DNA of 19,358 bases, from NCBI GenBank assembly GCA_964534375.1, contig CAZHPN010000121.1, positions 1-19,358 of the forward strand, written 5' to 3'. Below the pieces are notes generated by a model. The model was given only the letters and a program-made list of their open reading frames with translations. It had not been told where the DNA came from and did no database searches. A program made the position numbers and the translations under genes. The DNA comes from an uncultured bacterium. GTDB taxonomy: Bacteria; Lernaellota; Lernaellaia; Lernaellales; Lernaellaceae. This document shows, one piece after another, positions 19,205 through 19,358 of this stretch (positions within the stretch are counted from its first letter, which is position 1; every line of letters begins with the position of its first letter).

Positions 19205-19345
19205 GCGCCGACCCCTCCCCGAAAATTTCGGTTCCCGAAATTTTCCGCCCCTCCCCGACGCGGAGAGGGGCTAAGGGGAGGAACCGCGGTCGGCGCCGGG
19301 TCAGCAACGGCGTCCTCTCGCCCCTCTCCGTGGCGGGGAGGGGCG
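19205..19345. repeat. REP-like nested palindrome cluster
   Basis: Hairpins GAAAATTTCGG/CCGAAATTTTC (19221-19245), GCCCCTCCCCG/CGGAGAGGGGC (19247-19271), CGCCCCTCTCCG/CGGGGAGGGGCG (19319-19345); outer arms GCGCCGACC/GGTCGGCGC (19205-19213 / 19288-19296). Confidence 0.8.
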
Positions 19346-19358
19346 CGGCCACGCCGTG

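Overview
High-GC bacterial window; the Kdo genes point to a Gram-negative host. Left: a UPF0104/flippase-like membrane gene, then kdsB-kdsD running straight into an arsenite methyltransferase (arsM-like). Next, an inverted AbiE-type (type IV) toxin-antitoxin module whose toxin has lost its catalytic core, then arsC and two decayed genes (C-GCAxxG-C-C family, DUF547). Middle: unrelated single genes (LCM-type SAM methyltransferase, secreted hypothetical protein, CocE/NonD lipoprotein hydrolase, possible DUF4160 remnant, BAAT-like thioesterase, katG, stand-alone NYN nuclease). Right: an aldehyde dehydrogenase / Fe-alcohol dehydrogenase pair. No rRNA, tRNA, CRISPR array, transposase or integrase was seen. 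The best leads are (1) a NYN RNase gene with a near-consensus promoter and a structured 5' leader, (2) a set of short-period (7- and 9-nt) intergenic repeat arrays, including an inverted pair and one ~46-bp element present twice, and (3) clustered internal deletions that remove conserved cores while leaving both gene ends. All family calls come from motif recognition by eye; no searches were run, and no new system is proven from this window alone.
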